Below, piece by piece: positions 1 through 11,600 of a DNA stretch of 64,000 nt (the first letter of the stretch is position 1; each line of letters begins with the position of its first letter). The stretch spans positions 13,516,001 to 13,580,000 of the forward strand of contig OZ365111.1 of assembly GCA_977030845.1 (NCBI GenBank). The letters are read 5' to 3'. Source of the stretch: Fimbriosthenelais zetlandica. Its lineage: Eukaryota. The notes beneath the pieces were generated by a model. That model worked only from the letters and a program-made list of their open reading frames with translations, was not told the DNA's origin and did not search any database. The translations under genes were made by a program, and so were the position numbers.

Positions 1-1249
1 GATTATTTCCCTTGCTAAAAACTGTTTTGTAGGATATTTATGTGGCCAATATGGATTAGACACTAGCCTACTTACTGTAGAGTCTATTTGCTCTGCCACT
101 ATTTCATATTCACAACTCTTCTATAATTTATGCTTCACTATTTCTAAGTCATTTCCATTGTTGTAATTGTAATAATATAATTTTCCTATATTTTGAGATT
201 TTATTCTGTTATGATTCTTAGGATAATGCTACGTTTTCCCTTGGATTCTTATTTTGCCTCAGAAAAGCAGCAGTTAGTTTTAGTTACGATTTACACGTCC
301 CTCTTGAGACTGACAATCCAGTAATGTGTTCTAATGATTAATGTCTCACGATGTTTGAATCCATGACTGACATTATCAAAACTTTGTAATTATACTCTCA
401 GTGATAATAAGTCAATTATGATCTGATCTTCACCTCTTTGTAAATAATAGCTGTTTGTATATAAAAAGATTGATACTATAAGAGACCCGATATTCATTCC
501 ATATGCCTATATATATCCCTCAAAGCCAACCTTCCATTAGACTATTATGTATTAGTAGGACCTGGTACATAAAATGTCATGCTATGGTAATGTTTATTTT
601 CCCACATGGGTCTGACCTATATATACACCTGATTATTATTATTCTGATGTCATTAACTTGTTTTAAGGATGAGTAAAGATCCTTCGCCATTTATCTGTAT
701 ACTGAATGGTATATAATATATATGTATCTATATATGTGTCGTCCATACATACAGTAACAAAAATCAGATAAAAATTCTATTTTTGCGAGTGTAAATTCAA
801 TAAATTTATAGTCCCTCATTCACATGTTGATGCACTCTAGCGAGAGCTTTTGGCTTTTTATCTCAGTAGGAAGTGATAGGCTAGAAAGTGAAAGTAAAAG
901 AAAATTCTCCCTTAGAATTGTAAAACTGCCCGTAGATGGTCCCAATCATGTACCCAAGATATATGTTGTATGGTCCTCACTTCAGAATAGTTCAGTTCCC
1001 AATTATTGCACTTTTGGGTTCGACATTGTTTTGTCTCTACCAGACCGGTCCCGTCTTGTTTGATTGAAAAATAGTGTTAAATACTTTCTTTTGTACTCAT
1101 TATTAGGCGGTCAGAGAACACATTCCTCTGTTGTCATGTGATAGAAACTAAAACTTACACGTATTTTGTTATATGTTTACATCGTTATAACTATCTGATA
1201 CAATTATTGGAAATAAATAAAACATCCTTGAAAATGTACAAGTTTTCAT

Positions 1250-1255
1250 TTTATT
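1250..1255 (-). terminator. Probable polyadenylation signal (AATAAA) of the RhoGEF gene
   Basis: First minus-strand AATAAA I found downstream of the stop at 2594, followed by a U-rich tract; another lies at 593-598. Confidence 0.45.
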
Positions 1256-1620
1256 CTCAAGTGTTTTTATAACGCGACAGACGATATAAAATCATGACTC
1301 CCGCCTCAGACCTGTCATATAACATGTCTCCGGCAGTGAATATTATGCTCGATTCTCAAACGTCCTTTTGCAACTATTCATTTGGAAAATAGATTTGAGA
1401 TCTAAACTAAATTCATTAGCACCTGTGCTTCCATGCTACACCGTTTTACAGGATATAATATATATAATATATAAATATACAAGTACAAGTTGTAATATAA
1501 CATAAAATTCATAAATAAAATAGAACGAATAATATTATGCAAGTTAGACCATAAATCCCTTAAGATCTACTTTGTAAAAAAAACCAAGTGACGTTGGGTC
1601 TTTTGTGAATAATAATATTG

Positions 1621-1752
1621 CTAAGGGGAGATTTGAAGTGGTTTATAATATCTTGATGGCAGTCTTGTTTGAATGAAGTAGTTGGATATCTTGTATTCAG
1701 GCATATTTAAGCATTGGGTATAGGTTGTCTCCATCTTCTGGATCGAGATCGC
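1621..1752 (-). other. Candidate alternative terminal exon (acceptor at 1752)
   Basis: ATTTTGTATGTCTCCATTTGTATTTCAG|GC acceptor. The phase-1 reading gives GDLDPEDGDNLYPMLKYA* (stop 1697-1699); the phase-0 reading gives 43 aa (stop 1621-1623). Confidence 0.35.
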
Positions 1753-2593
1753 CTGAAATACAAATGGAGACATACAAAATGGGTGTTCCTCTCAGGTCTT
1801 CCACATTTTATGACAACAATTATTCACAGCCAGTCGTTTTGAAAAAAAATGAAACTTGGAAGAATTGTAACAGCAGAAACGTGTAGTCAACGAAGATACT
1901 TTGAGTGAAACTGTCAATACATATTCAACGAGAAAAGCCTGTGGAAAGGCTAGGCCGGGCAAGTCCCCAATAAATTCAACTGCACAAGTGGCATCTTTAA
2001 GTCTACTTTTTGTTACTATTTTTGCACATTTGTAACAAGTGAGTTCCATAAAATTGATTTAACTGTACATTGTAGATGAAAATGTATCTTAGCCTAAAAG
2101 CACCTTAAACTTAGTGAAGAGGCTGTAGCCACAAACCACCTCAAGCCTTAGAATCACTATAGGCTCAATAATCCAATCTGTAACAGGCCAGAATAACGCT
2201 AAGCAGTAATTGTTACAATGTAGGATTTGGCAATCAGGGATAACTTCCTAGATTAGATAACAAAGGCGTAAATCAACGTGCCTGATTTTGGCAAGAAGAA
2301 ACTCCTAATGGCTTAAAAGTGCAGCAAGTGAAACTTGAAAAGAGATGCACTTAAGCATTGAATCTGTTCTCCCGCACACCACAAGCTTGTTATTAATATG
2401 AATATGATCATCAAGGTGAACACTGGTGTTATTATTGGCTCTAGGTTAGGAGGGAATCACACACTTAGAACTAGATAAATCAGAGCTAGGTAGGAGGTTA
2501 GTCACAGCAAGTCTTTTCATTGATTATGGCTAATAGGGTGTCTTTGTCTGTCTAGGATTTGGATTTGGATCCATTAAGCACACACAGTGGGGG

Positions 2594-5500
2594 TTAGTCC
2601 ACGTCAGAAGTAGCTAGTTGTGAGGGGTCCTCTTGTATAAGAGTGACCACTTGTTTAACCCACCCTCGGCGTAGTGGTGTCGATGCGTCCTCCTCCTCCT
2701 GTTCCCCTACTGAAGGTAGGTCCTCCACCACCTGACATGCGTCCTGTCTGATTCTCGCTAGTGTAGCACATTCTATCAGCTCTCGCGTTCTGTCCCTTAC
2801 TGTTTTCAATGTAGCCTTATCTGAAGCACTGGCAGGTTCCTGTTCACCTTCACCTTTACCATTACCACTAACACCCGCTGAATTGGCAGCCTCCAGGCTT
2901 TTCAGTATATTTTTGATACCCTTAGCTTTTTCCTCTTCTCTTATCTCAGTCCTAGGGAGGGCTTTTAACTTACTTCTCTCTTCTATGAGTTTCACCGTTT
3001 CTTTAATGGACACGTTGGGACTGGTCGGCTCTGGCTCGGTGCCCGGTGAACCCTCATCGCTGTAAACAGCCGAGTCACGAAAAATATCACTCCCAAAATT
3101 AGATTCTAAATCCTCCGCAAATTTTTCCTCATAATAACACATGGAGTCATCGTCGTGTTGGGCGAATTCTGTTGTGTCTAAACCAGAGAAGGCTTGGTTG
3201 AAGGCGGCCAGGGTGGCTTCAAGGGACTGCTCACCATTATCAAGAGCCATGTCCTTCACTCCTGAATCATAACATGAAGAGTCAGCTCTCTCCTGGTCAG
3301 CTTTCTGTCTCCTCACTACAGGTTCATTCTCTCCATCCTCCACCTCTTCCTCTCCTTCGCACCCCTCTTCATTCTCGCTCTTCTCTTTAGCTCCCTTCTT
3401 GTTCTTCCTATACCGGTGTCTGGGTAGAGTGTATGTACCCAGGACTAAAGGTTTTACAGCCATTCTCTCGCCTATAACATTGCTCCCTGGTTTACTTTCT
3501 TTTAGTAGGTTGGCCAGTTGTTTGGAGACCTCAGATGGAGACCTCTCTAGTGAGGTGTCCTTTGGTTCATCTGTTAACGGTGGACTGTTCTTCTTTTGTC
3601 GGTCACTATAGACTCTGGCAAGACTGGAAACAAAGCGGCCACGTTTTTCCTTCTTTTGACTTGACTCCCGAGTATCAGGACTCTGGTCAACTCTAAGGTC
3701 CTCCAGGGCGCCGAAAGAGTTGGATCTGGGAGCGCGTCTGGGGCTGGATTCTGTACTTCGTGGGAGGTGACTGGTGAAGCGAGAGGTAAGATTAAACACC
3801 TTCTGTTTAATTGTATCTACCAGGCTGTCATTTGATGTGACAGAGGAAGGGCTGGAGAGGGAGGGGCTATGTATGGAGCTGGAATGAGAGGACGACACAG
3901 CACCAGGGGAACTGCATTGTCCATAATAGTCCTGACCAGTTCCTCCAGTGACTGGGAACTTAGGTACTGAACCAGTACCTTCAACATGAGCTCGTGATAT
4001 GTAATCCTCAAAGCCTGACCAGAGACCAAGTCCGGAGTAGCGCATATCTGCGGGGAGGGTCCTCCTGGCTGGCACACCTGGTCGGCTTTCACCATCTGGA
4101 GGTCCAGTATACACTTGGTCGTTACCGTTACTAATGATCACACTGCTGCTCCCCTGGACGGTCCGGGGAGGGGTGGCATAGCGGGTAACAATGCGTCCAT
4201 GCTCCTTGGATTCCTTAATAACCTGGATCACATCGACTGGTCCGAATTCCCGGGGCGGCGTCGCGAAACGAGCAATGGCCCGGTCAGTCTCCACATCGTG
4301 CCTGATAGACTGTGGATCGTGGGTTGTGACAAAGGCATTTCTGTTGGTAAAGACAAGCATGTCTGCCTGCAGAGGGTAGGGCTCGTCTACAAAGTCTGAT
4401 AGTGAAGATAGGGAATTTGAACGCTGTCTTGGTTGAGGCTTTCTGGTGGCAGGTCTCCCAGACCGAGGGACCCAGGGGTTGTTCTTAATGACTGTTCTAG
4501 GTAGGGGAGAGTTCACCGGTTCATTTATGAACACATCTGAAACACTGGAGTTTCTACTATATGTATCTACAGGAGGTGGGGTCATTTCAATGATGTGTTG
4601 TGGGGTGGACCACCTCTGTCTGCTATGAGTTCTGTTAGAGATTCTACTGGCCATCTCCCGGCTGGCACTGGAGGGCATATTGTCATAGACACCCACACTT
4701 TCACAACCCGACCTTTCATTGTATTTCCTTTCCCGACTCTTCATCACTTGTGGATTTCTATATGTTCTTTCTACACGGCCATTACATGGAGACACACTTC
4801 TCTCACTCTGTCTTGGTGTGGAGAGAGAGACCCTCCTGTGAGCTTGACCCTCACCTACACTTTCTCTACCACTGCTCCTGGCAGTGGCTCTCAGTCCTTT
4901 AGATATCAAGTGTCCACTCGCAACAGGTGCCCGGGATCGTGGGTTAGATTCTGATCCCCGAATATGATCATTAGAGATGAGAGATAACCTCTGATGTCTG
5001 GGGTTATTATTGGAATCACCACCAGAATAAGGCTGTTTATAATAAATAGGAAGTTCTACATAGTCTCCATCGTCATCCTCTACCAGAGAGACAGGTTTAT
5101 TAACGTTGAAGTAGATGGGATCATCATTGTCACACTCATCATCGCCCTCATTACCGTTAGCTAGGCGGTAGGTAGGAGGTATCTGTATATAGTTATCATC
5201 TCTATCAGTCTCATCCTCGGCTAGACTGTTCGTCATCATGTTCAGATCACTCTCGGAAACCCGTCTTCGTGATCGGAGTAAATACCTCATTTTCTTATCT
5301 TTAACTGACTGGGGGTTGGCTGATGTTGGCCGGTGAACGCCATGTCTCGTTTCCATAGGATTGAGGGTTGTAGCTATACGGAAACTTTCCCTCCTCCGTA
5401 CAGGAGATTTAGGGCTGTACCCCGAATCTTCAGGCCCTGGAGGCGGCCACTTTAAGTATAGAGGAGCAGAGGTGGGTGTATTCTCTACCGAGTCCAGTCC

Positions 5501-5677
5501 ACTCTCCTCACCGATGTCAGATGAGGCTGTGGCCCCGGTATCACCGGGTACGGAGAGACGGTGAGGGGCGTGGGTTGAGGAAGCATCGGATGTATGGATG
5601 CTCTCCAAGCTTCCGTACTGAGTCCGTCCGGCCGAGTCAGTGTCGCTACAATCATCTTCACATAACAACTCCCGCTT
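2594..5677 (-). CDS. Large terminal coding exon, 1027 aa, disordered Ser/Pro/Arg/Glu-rich tail ending ...RRGWVKQVVTLIQEDPSQLATSDVD*
   Basis: Acceptor TTTCTTTCATTGCAG|AAG at 5677; the 3084-nt open frame matches the 1029-aa ORF in the track. Confidence 0.92.
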   Translation of the reverse strand, partial: KRELLCEDDCSDTDSAGRTQYGSLESIHTSDASSTHAPHRLSVPGDTGATASSDIGEESGLDSVENTPTSAPLYLKWPPPGPEDSGYSPKSPVRRRESFRIATTLNPMETRHGVHRPTSANPQSVKDKKMRYLLRSRRRVSESDLNMMTNSLAEDETDRDDNYIQIPPTYRLANGNEGDDECDNDDPIYFNVNKPVSLVEDDDGDYVELPIYYKQPYSGGDSNNNPRHQRLSLISNDHIRGSESNPRSRAPVASGHLISKGLRATARSSGRESVGEGQAHRRVSLSTPRQSERSVSPCNGRVERTYRNPQVMKSRERKYNERSGCESVGVYDNMPSSASREMASRISNRTHSRQRWSTPQHIIEMTPPPVDTYSRNSSVSDVFINEPVNSPLPRTVIKNNPWVPRSGRPATRKPQPRQRSNSLSSLSDFVDEPYPLQADMLVFTNRNAFVTTHDPQSIRHDVETDRAIARFATPPREFGPVDVIQVIKESKEHGRIVTRYATPPRTVQGSSSVIISNGNDQVYTGPPDGESRPGVPARRTLPADMRYSGLGLWSGFEDYISRAHVEGTGSVPKFPVTGGTGQDYYGQCSSPGAVSSSHSSSIHSPSLSSPSSVTSNDSLVDTIKQKVFNLTSRFTSHLPRSTESSPRRAPRSNSFGALEDLRVDQSPDTRESSQKKEKRGRFVSSLARVYSDRQKKNSPPLTDEPKDTSLERSPSEVSKQLANLLKESKPGSNVIGERMAVKPLVLGTYTLPRHRYRKNKKGAKEKSENEEGCEGEEEVEDGENEPVVRRQKADQERADSSCYDSGVKDMALDNGEQSLEATLAAFNQAFSGLDTTEFAQHDDDSMCYYEEKFAEDLESNFGSDIFRDSAVYSDEGSPGTEPEPTSPNVSIKETVKLIEERSKLKALPRTEIREEEKAKGIKNILKSLEAANSAGVSGNGKGEGEQEPASASDKATLKTVRDRTRELIECATLARIRQDACQVVEDLPSVGEQEEEDASTPLRRGWVKQVVTLIQEDPSQLATSDVD

Positions 5678-8600
5678 CTGCAATGAAAGAAATCAAGTTC
5701 AGTCTTCATCAATAAATCACTACAGTTTTATGAACTCATAATAATGAGAACTCATAGCATATTTTTAAGGATAATCTGTTAGTTCAGAAAATCTACTAAT
5801 TGATTGTAGAAACCACAGTATAAATGCAAATTAAACTAAACATATTTCCTTATCTTCTACCCTACCTTTTGCTTTTCAATCAAGCGCCTCATAGTTTCCC
5901 GAGGTACAGCACTGTCAGACCTCCTCCGCTGTACTCGAGGTGACAATCGAGGGCTGCCTTCACTCTGTAATGAAAATAATTAAATTAATTTGGGCAAATG
6001 TTATATTCAATTAGGATAAGACCACAATAAATTGTAAGAGCTTTAATTATTAAGATTTTAAATTTGAAGGAAGCGCTTTCAAGATGTCAAGTCGTTCTGT
6101 GAAGAGTACTCTATAAGTGTTAGACAGGTACTTACTCGTCTAGTCAAAACTGCAAAAGAAAAGAAAGAGAAAATTGATTAAAATTATGACTAAAACTTGT
6201 ACAAGTTAAAGAGTGAGTGGGCTAATGATTGTATGCAACATAATTCAATGGACCTTAGGTTCATTACATTACTTAGAAAATGTTTTCGTTATGTAAATTT
6301 GAATATATTAGAAGGAGAAAAATATACACACCTTTCTTGGTTACATGAGACTTGATACTGCTAAGATCTGTAGAAGAAAGCACATGGATATTTATCAGAA
6401 AATGCTATTAGGCCTAAATTTTATTAATATAAATATTGGTAATGAATTTGATACAAACATCTTGGGACATTGGGACATAATCTCCCACTCACCAGAGAGT
6501 ACAGAAGTGACAGATTTGCGTCGTTTTTTCTTCTCTAAGTACTGTGGTTTGGGGCAGGGTTTTTTAACCTGAGTTGAGGCATTACTGCCGGACTCTGCGA
6601 CCCCCTCCTCCTCCTTGGACGTGAGCTGCATCACCAGCTCTATGATGTTTTTAGGGATGGCTTTATCAGCGGTGTAACTCTCCAATATCAGTCTCTTTAG
6701 CTCCTGGCACCACTCACGCTTCTGATCCAGGCACCGGGCCTGAATGAACAAACACAAAAAAGTTAAATTTCACTAAACTGTTTCACTAAACTGTCCCTAG
6801 CAGATAATCATCCAGGATGGAAACTAGGAAAGAATGACAGGGAAAATGAAGAGGACTCACCTGAAAGGTATATTGGCCACGTGGATTGTCAAAAGGAATC
6901 ACATGGAAACTGAGGGGCTCCTTAGGTACTCTCTCCACTAACATTAGATTCGAACACTGCAAAAAAGGGTCAAAATAAGGCATATTATTTTACCGACAGA
7001 AATAATAAGATTAAATTGTTGATTTTCTATGATTCAGGATAAATCATCCTCAACCATTACCATTACTACTTTGTCCAATACAGTTGTGAAAATTGGAAAT
7101 AGATTGGTAGAAATTTTGTTTTACATATAAATGTAAAACAAGAGTTATGAGAAGGTTATAAGACAAACCTTAATGCAGTCTTTTAGGAGTAGACCTGAAT
7201 CCTCCTTTCTCTTAGCGATCAAAAGTCCTCTCTCAAAGAGGATCAAGTGGCGGTCGCCTTTAGCACCGTGCATTTTGAAAGTTTCCTGAAAAAGAAATTT
7301 ACCAACTTGTCAATGTCTATGTTTACTACCCACAAAAACACACCTCTTTACTATGAGACCACTTTTGCAAAACAACTTAAAAAACAATAGCTTTTCACAG
7401 AATAGAGGTTAGGGAAAAAAGCGATTAAAGACATTTGTGAAAGTGAAACGTAAGAAAGCCTTCGGTAAGTATTACTTTAAACAGAATTGAAATGCAAGAT
7501 ACTTAAGGGACCAAGGTTGATAAACATCCGGAGCCAGCATATAGATTCAAGATCACCTTTTGCCCGACTTGTTTAACTTTACTCTTTTTTTTTTTTTAAT
7601 TTTTAGTGGCGGAAGGCTCGATTTTTAGATGGTACTGGGACATGGGGGTACTGGTTTGGAAACTAACAGAGGTCTATAAAATCTTTTTTTCTTACGTATG
7701 TATAGTTTGTTTTCCCATTAAAAATTAAAAAGTTGCCAAAATAGAAAGTGGATGGATATTTTGATTATATACGGACCACCTATAATGTTATCTCTAGGTT
7801 TATAAAATCACTAAAAAAATTTCTCAGAAATAAAGTGGAAAGAGAAAGAGGGTGTGTTTATATACCTCCTTGACTAGGTCACCGTAGGTGTGGAAGTCTG
7901 GCCTGTCATCCCACTCACAGATGAGCGCCTGGAGTTCCTGTAGACGGAGGGCATGCTCGTGTTGCCTCTTCATCTCATTGATGTGCTGAGCCATGCTAGT
8001 CATGGAGGAGAGAGCCTGCTCCACCACCTGCTTCTCTCCACTCTCAGGCTTCATGTGTGGTAACAGGTTCTACAGCAGAAAACAAGGCAAACATCTCAAC
8101 CGGGAGCCTCTTGGTTTAACACTTGGTCATGATTTAAGCCTACTAAGTACGGAGTACTGGGTCAAAATTTATATAGATCAGTTCTCCAAAAGTTCTTAAA
8201 ATTACTAACGGTTTTTTTTTAATATAAAAAAACATAATCTATGGAATAATGATATATTATTTATATAAGAGATGATTAAGAATACAACGGAACGTGGAAA
8301 ATATTTTCAGTATATACAAGCAATAGAGCTTTTGAGAATATTACTGTATGAATAATAATTTGATATGCAGTATGAGGGTAGTTTTTTCATTATGATTTTT
8401 CTGGCCTTTTAGAGGGGACAAACATACCTGTAGGAGGAGGTGGTATTTAAGGATCCTCTGGACGGGTTTGAGGAGGTAGGCACCTAGAGGCAGAGTATGA
8501 CCTAAAGCGAACTGGAGACGTTTAAATACCTCACCCTTCTCCTCATCCTCCATCACATTCTTAAGTACCTCTAGAGCACTGTAAAAGTAAATAGAGAATA

Positions 8601-11600
8601 TTATTATTCATTAGGTACCAAAAGTGAAATTAAAATATTAAAAAGAAATAATTTAGGCCGTTTTCTGGGGACCCAATGTTCAATATCCAACAGTCTTTTA
8701 TTCTAGTATTGGTGAAAAATTTACAAACATTTTAGACCATAATATCAAGTTTATTTCGAGGCATAGACATAAATTTATTTAAGTCTATGTTCTATAGGAA
8801 AATCATTGCTGTATTGAGGATGGAGTTAAGAGCTTACCCAGGATAATTGGTGCAGTAGTCTGAATAGATAACGAAACCCTCGTTATTGTCCACAAAACAT
8901 TGAGCAAGGCGGACAGCATCCTGCTGGCAACCCTCAAGCTGAGTCAGGAAGAGCCTGGTGACAAGAAAGTAAACTAAACGTTACTAATTTATATCTAACT
9001 CAACTAGGGTTAGTCACTAGGACAGCGTACTGACATGAAAATAAACTAAAAACCCGTCAGAGTTAAAACTTTATATCTGACAGAACCAAGATGGGCTGGG
9101 CAGGGAGACTGCTCGGGGCATGAAGTAAACCAAATCCAACTGACTCACACTGACTAGCACTGTCGATTTAGATGAAAATTCTGAGAACTTACTTATTAAA
9201 ATTGCAGATTTGCTCGATATTTCCAAAGAGGGCATCCACTTCAGCCTTGTCCATCTCATGAGGAGAGTTGCCACGAAATTCATAAAGATAGCCCTGTAAA
9301 AAATCACAATACATCATCAGTTATCATGATTGAAATATCCCATTACTAGTGTCACAGTAAAGCACTGGTACTTCACTTATTTTAATCTTCAAAGGTAATC
9401 CATCAAATTCGACTAGAAAGACCACATGTAGACGTTTTCTGTCACAGTATTTGAGAAAGGAATTGTCAGATCACATTTCCATAAAGAGAGATGTCAGAAA
9501 AAAATCATAGGTCCTATCATATGTCTTACAAAATACATGATGAAACACAAAACAAGGGATTTAAAGTGATCCAAGTAAGCATCATATTTGTCATGCTGTA
9601 CTCTGGATATATTCAAGTTTTGGCCCTTGTAAATAGCCCCAGGCAATCCAAACCAATGGAAATGAGCAATACATCCCGTTGCCTAACAACACAGGATATT
9701 TGACGTTTATTTTTTATCCATAATCTTTGTCATCCCGCCCACGAAGGATGTTTTTTCCCCAAATAACCGACCCAAGTCTCTTGTCATAAAAGCAATATAT
9801 CAGCAGGGGGAGTAAGGGAGCCAGTCCCTCTCTCATCACTAGCCAAGTGAAAAATAGCAGACAACTCTTCATTGTAACATCCATGAAAGAAAGTGAAGAT
9901 TGTGCACAGGCTCTGGAGCATGGCAGCATGGTAACTGGTGACATTGCCCAGATCTCTGCTCCCTTCTTGTTAAGATTTATTTCTACCCATCCTTCCAATG
10001 TTATCACAGGAATCGGGTGTCAGAGGTGGGGGGATTCTGGATGGAATATCTCAGTCAGGTTCGTAAAATCAAATTAACTGAAAGGTGAGAGAGTTTTTAG
10101 TCCAATCGAGTGGGCCATGCTCATTGTTTCTTTTATCTCCTATATGTGGGGATGGATCAAAAGAGTGGAACCATCATAGTGGAGATGCATAGGGAACAGG
10201 TTTATAACTAACAATGGCAAACATCTCGTGACAGTCTCTTAAAATTGAAGCTGAGTGGAGGGGTATAAAAGTGGAGGAGAGAGGATGAAAGACTGGCCTG
10301 TATATGTTCACGTGCTCCATGTTCTAACATATTAACATTACCGGATGAAATACTACCTGCATCTTATGACGAATGATAAAAATACCAAATGCTTACTCTC
10401 CCGCAAGCTCAGGTTACCTGAGTCTATTCAGTTTAGATGTTAGAATACTGAATTGTCTATTTCACAATGGTGGATATATTTGCCCGAGTTTGGGTGATAT
10501 TCCCATACATATTTCTCAATTTTCTACAATGGATTCACCATTCGCAGGAATTGTATGGAGCACAGTCTTTTTAAAATTAGTTTAAAAAATATTTTGATGG
10601 AAACTGACATGGCCATAAAATATACTCCCATGATGATGAAACATGATCTATTTTGATTGTATTTGCATTATAAGTGTTAACATAGAAGAATATTATATTT
10701 TATCTTCTTTTCTGATCATTTTTAACAATTCTCTCTCAAGCCCTGACAACACCAAAAACTTATATGAGAATGTGAGAAAAATGATGAAAAATATTTACTG
10801 CTAACAAAAGTGCAATGACAGATTAATGGACTTCTAGCCAAACAATGAACAGGTACCTGAGACAATGGTTAAGTTGGCATTTTTACCACCGCTCCAGCAT
10901 TCTGACCATTGTAAGGCACGCCTCCCCCGCTCTGTCCCATACATTCCTGGCCTAACATAAACATGAGCATTTGCCTGGAAAAGTCCCCACTGGTCGCCTT
11001 ATACACGTAAAGCATGTGTGCACCATAAACTTGTCTGCTCGAGTGTTGGCGATGGATTTATTGTCGGAGTGGCAGACAGCACACACGTCTTAGTGATACA
11101 AATATTTAATATCTATAAACTTAAAACCTCCAAATTACTAAGTGAGGATATATGGCCTGTCACATAACGTTTAAATGCTCATAGATCATTTTAAACTTAT
11201 GTCCTATTTTATTTGTATTTTTAAATCTAAATATTTACTCTTGTCTATCACAAGAAAATGCACACAGAAAACCAATTCTTCACCTATAAATTATAGAAAT
11301 ATCCAGACCAACTTAAGATATTCCTTTGTACAAAGATCATTACATGCATAATAGTCAATATGGCATTATGCAGTAAAGATTTGACTCATTTAAGGGCCCA
11401 AGAAGATCCCAATTATGCGAGAACATATCACAAGCATTGAATAGAAGGGGATTAATTACGAATGAAGAAGCTGTCCCACACAAAAAACACCTCTCTTACC
11501 ATTCTCATCAGAATGGTCAGCAGCCCTCATCTACCTACTTGTTACTTGTAAGTGGTCATCCTGTATTGTAGTGACCTCCCTATTTGACCAGTGTGCTGAC

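Noticed and set aside
1-1240. Possible convergent plus-strand gene 3' end (AATAAA at about 1212)
   Set aside because: AT-rich sequence with no coding exon in the window to support it.
2883-5715. Several plus-strand and alternate-frame ORFs overlapping the large exon
   Set aside because: Shadow ORFs of a GC-richer coding exon, with no independent splice or homology evidence.
9071-9307. 78-aa ORF in the track
   Set aside because: Wrong frame; the DH exon here is read in a different frame and ends at the 9193 donor.
11480-11540. ATG AGA ATG|GTAAGA as a phase-0 alternative start exon into the DH exon at 9293
   Set aside because: Only three codons, and it would truncate the first DH helix; chance is likely.
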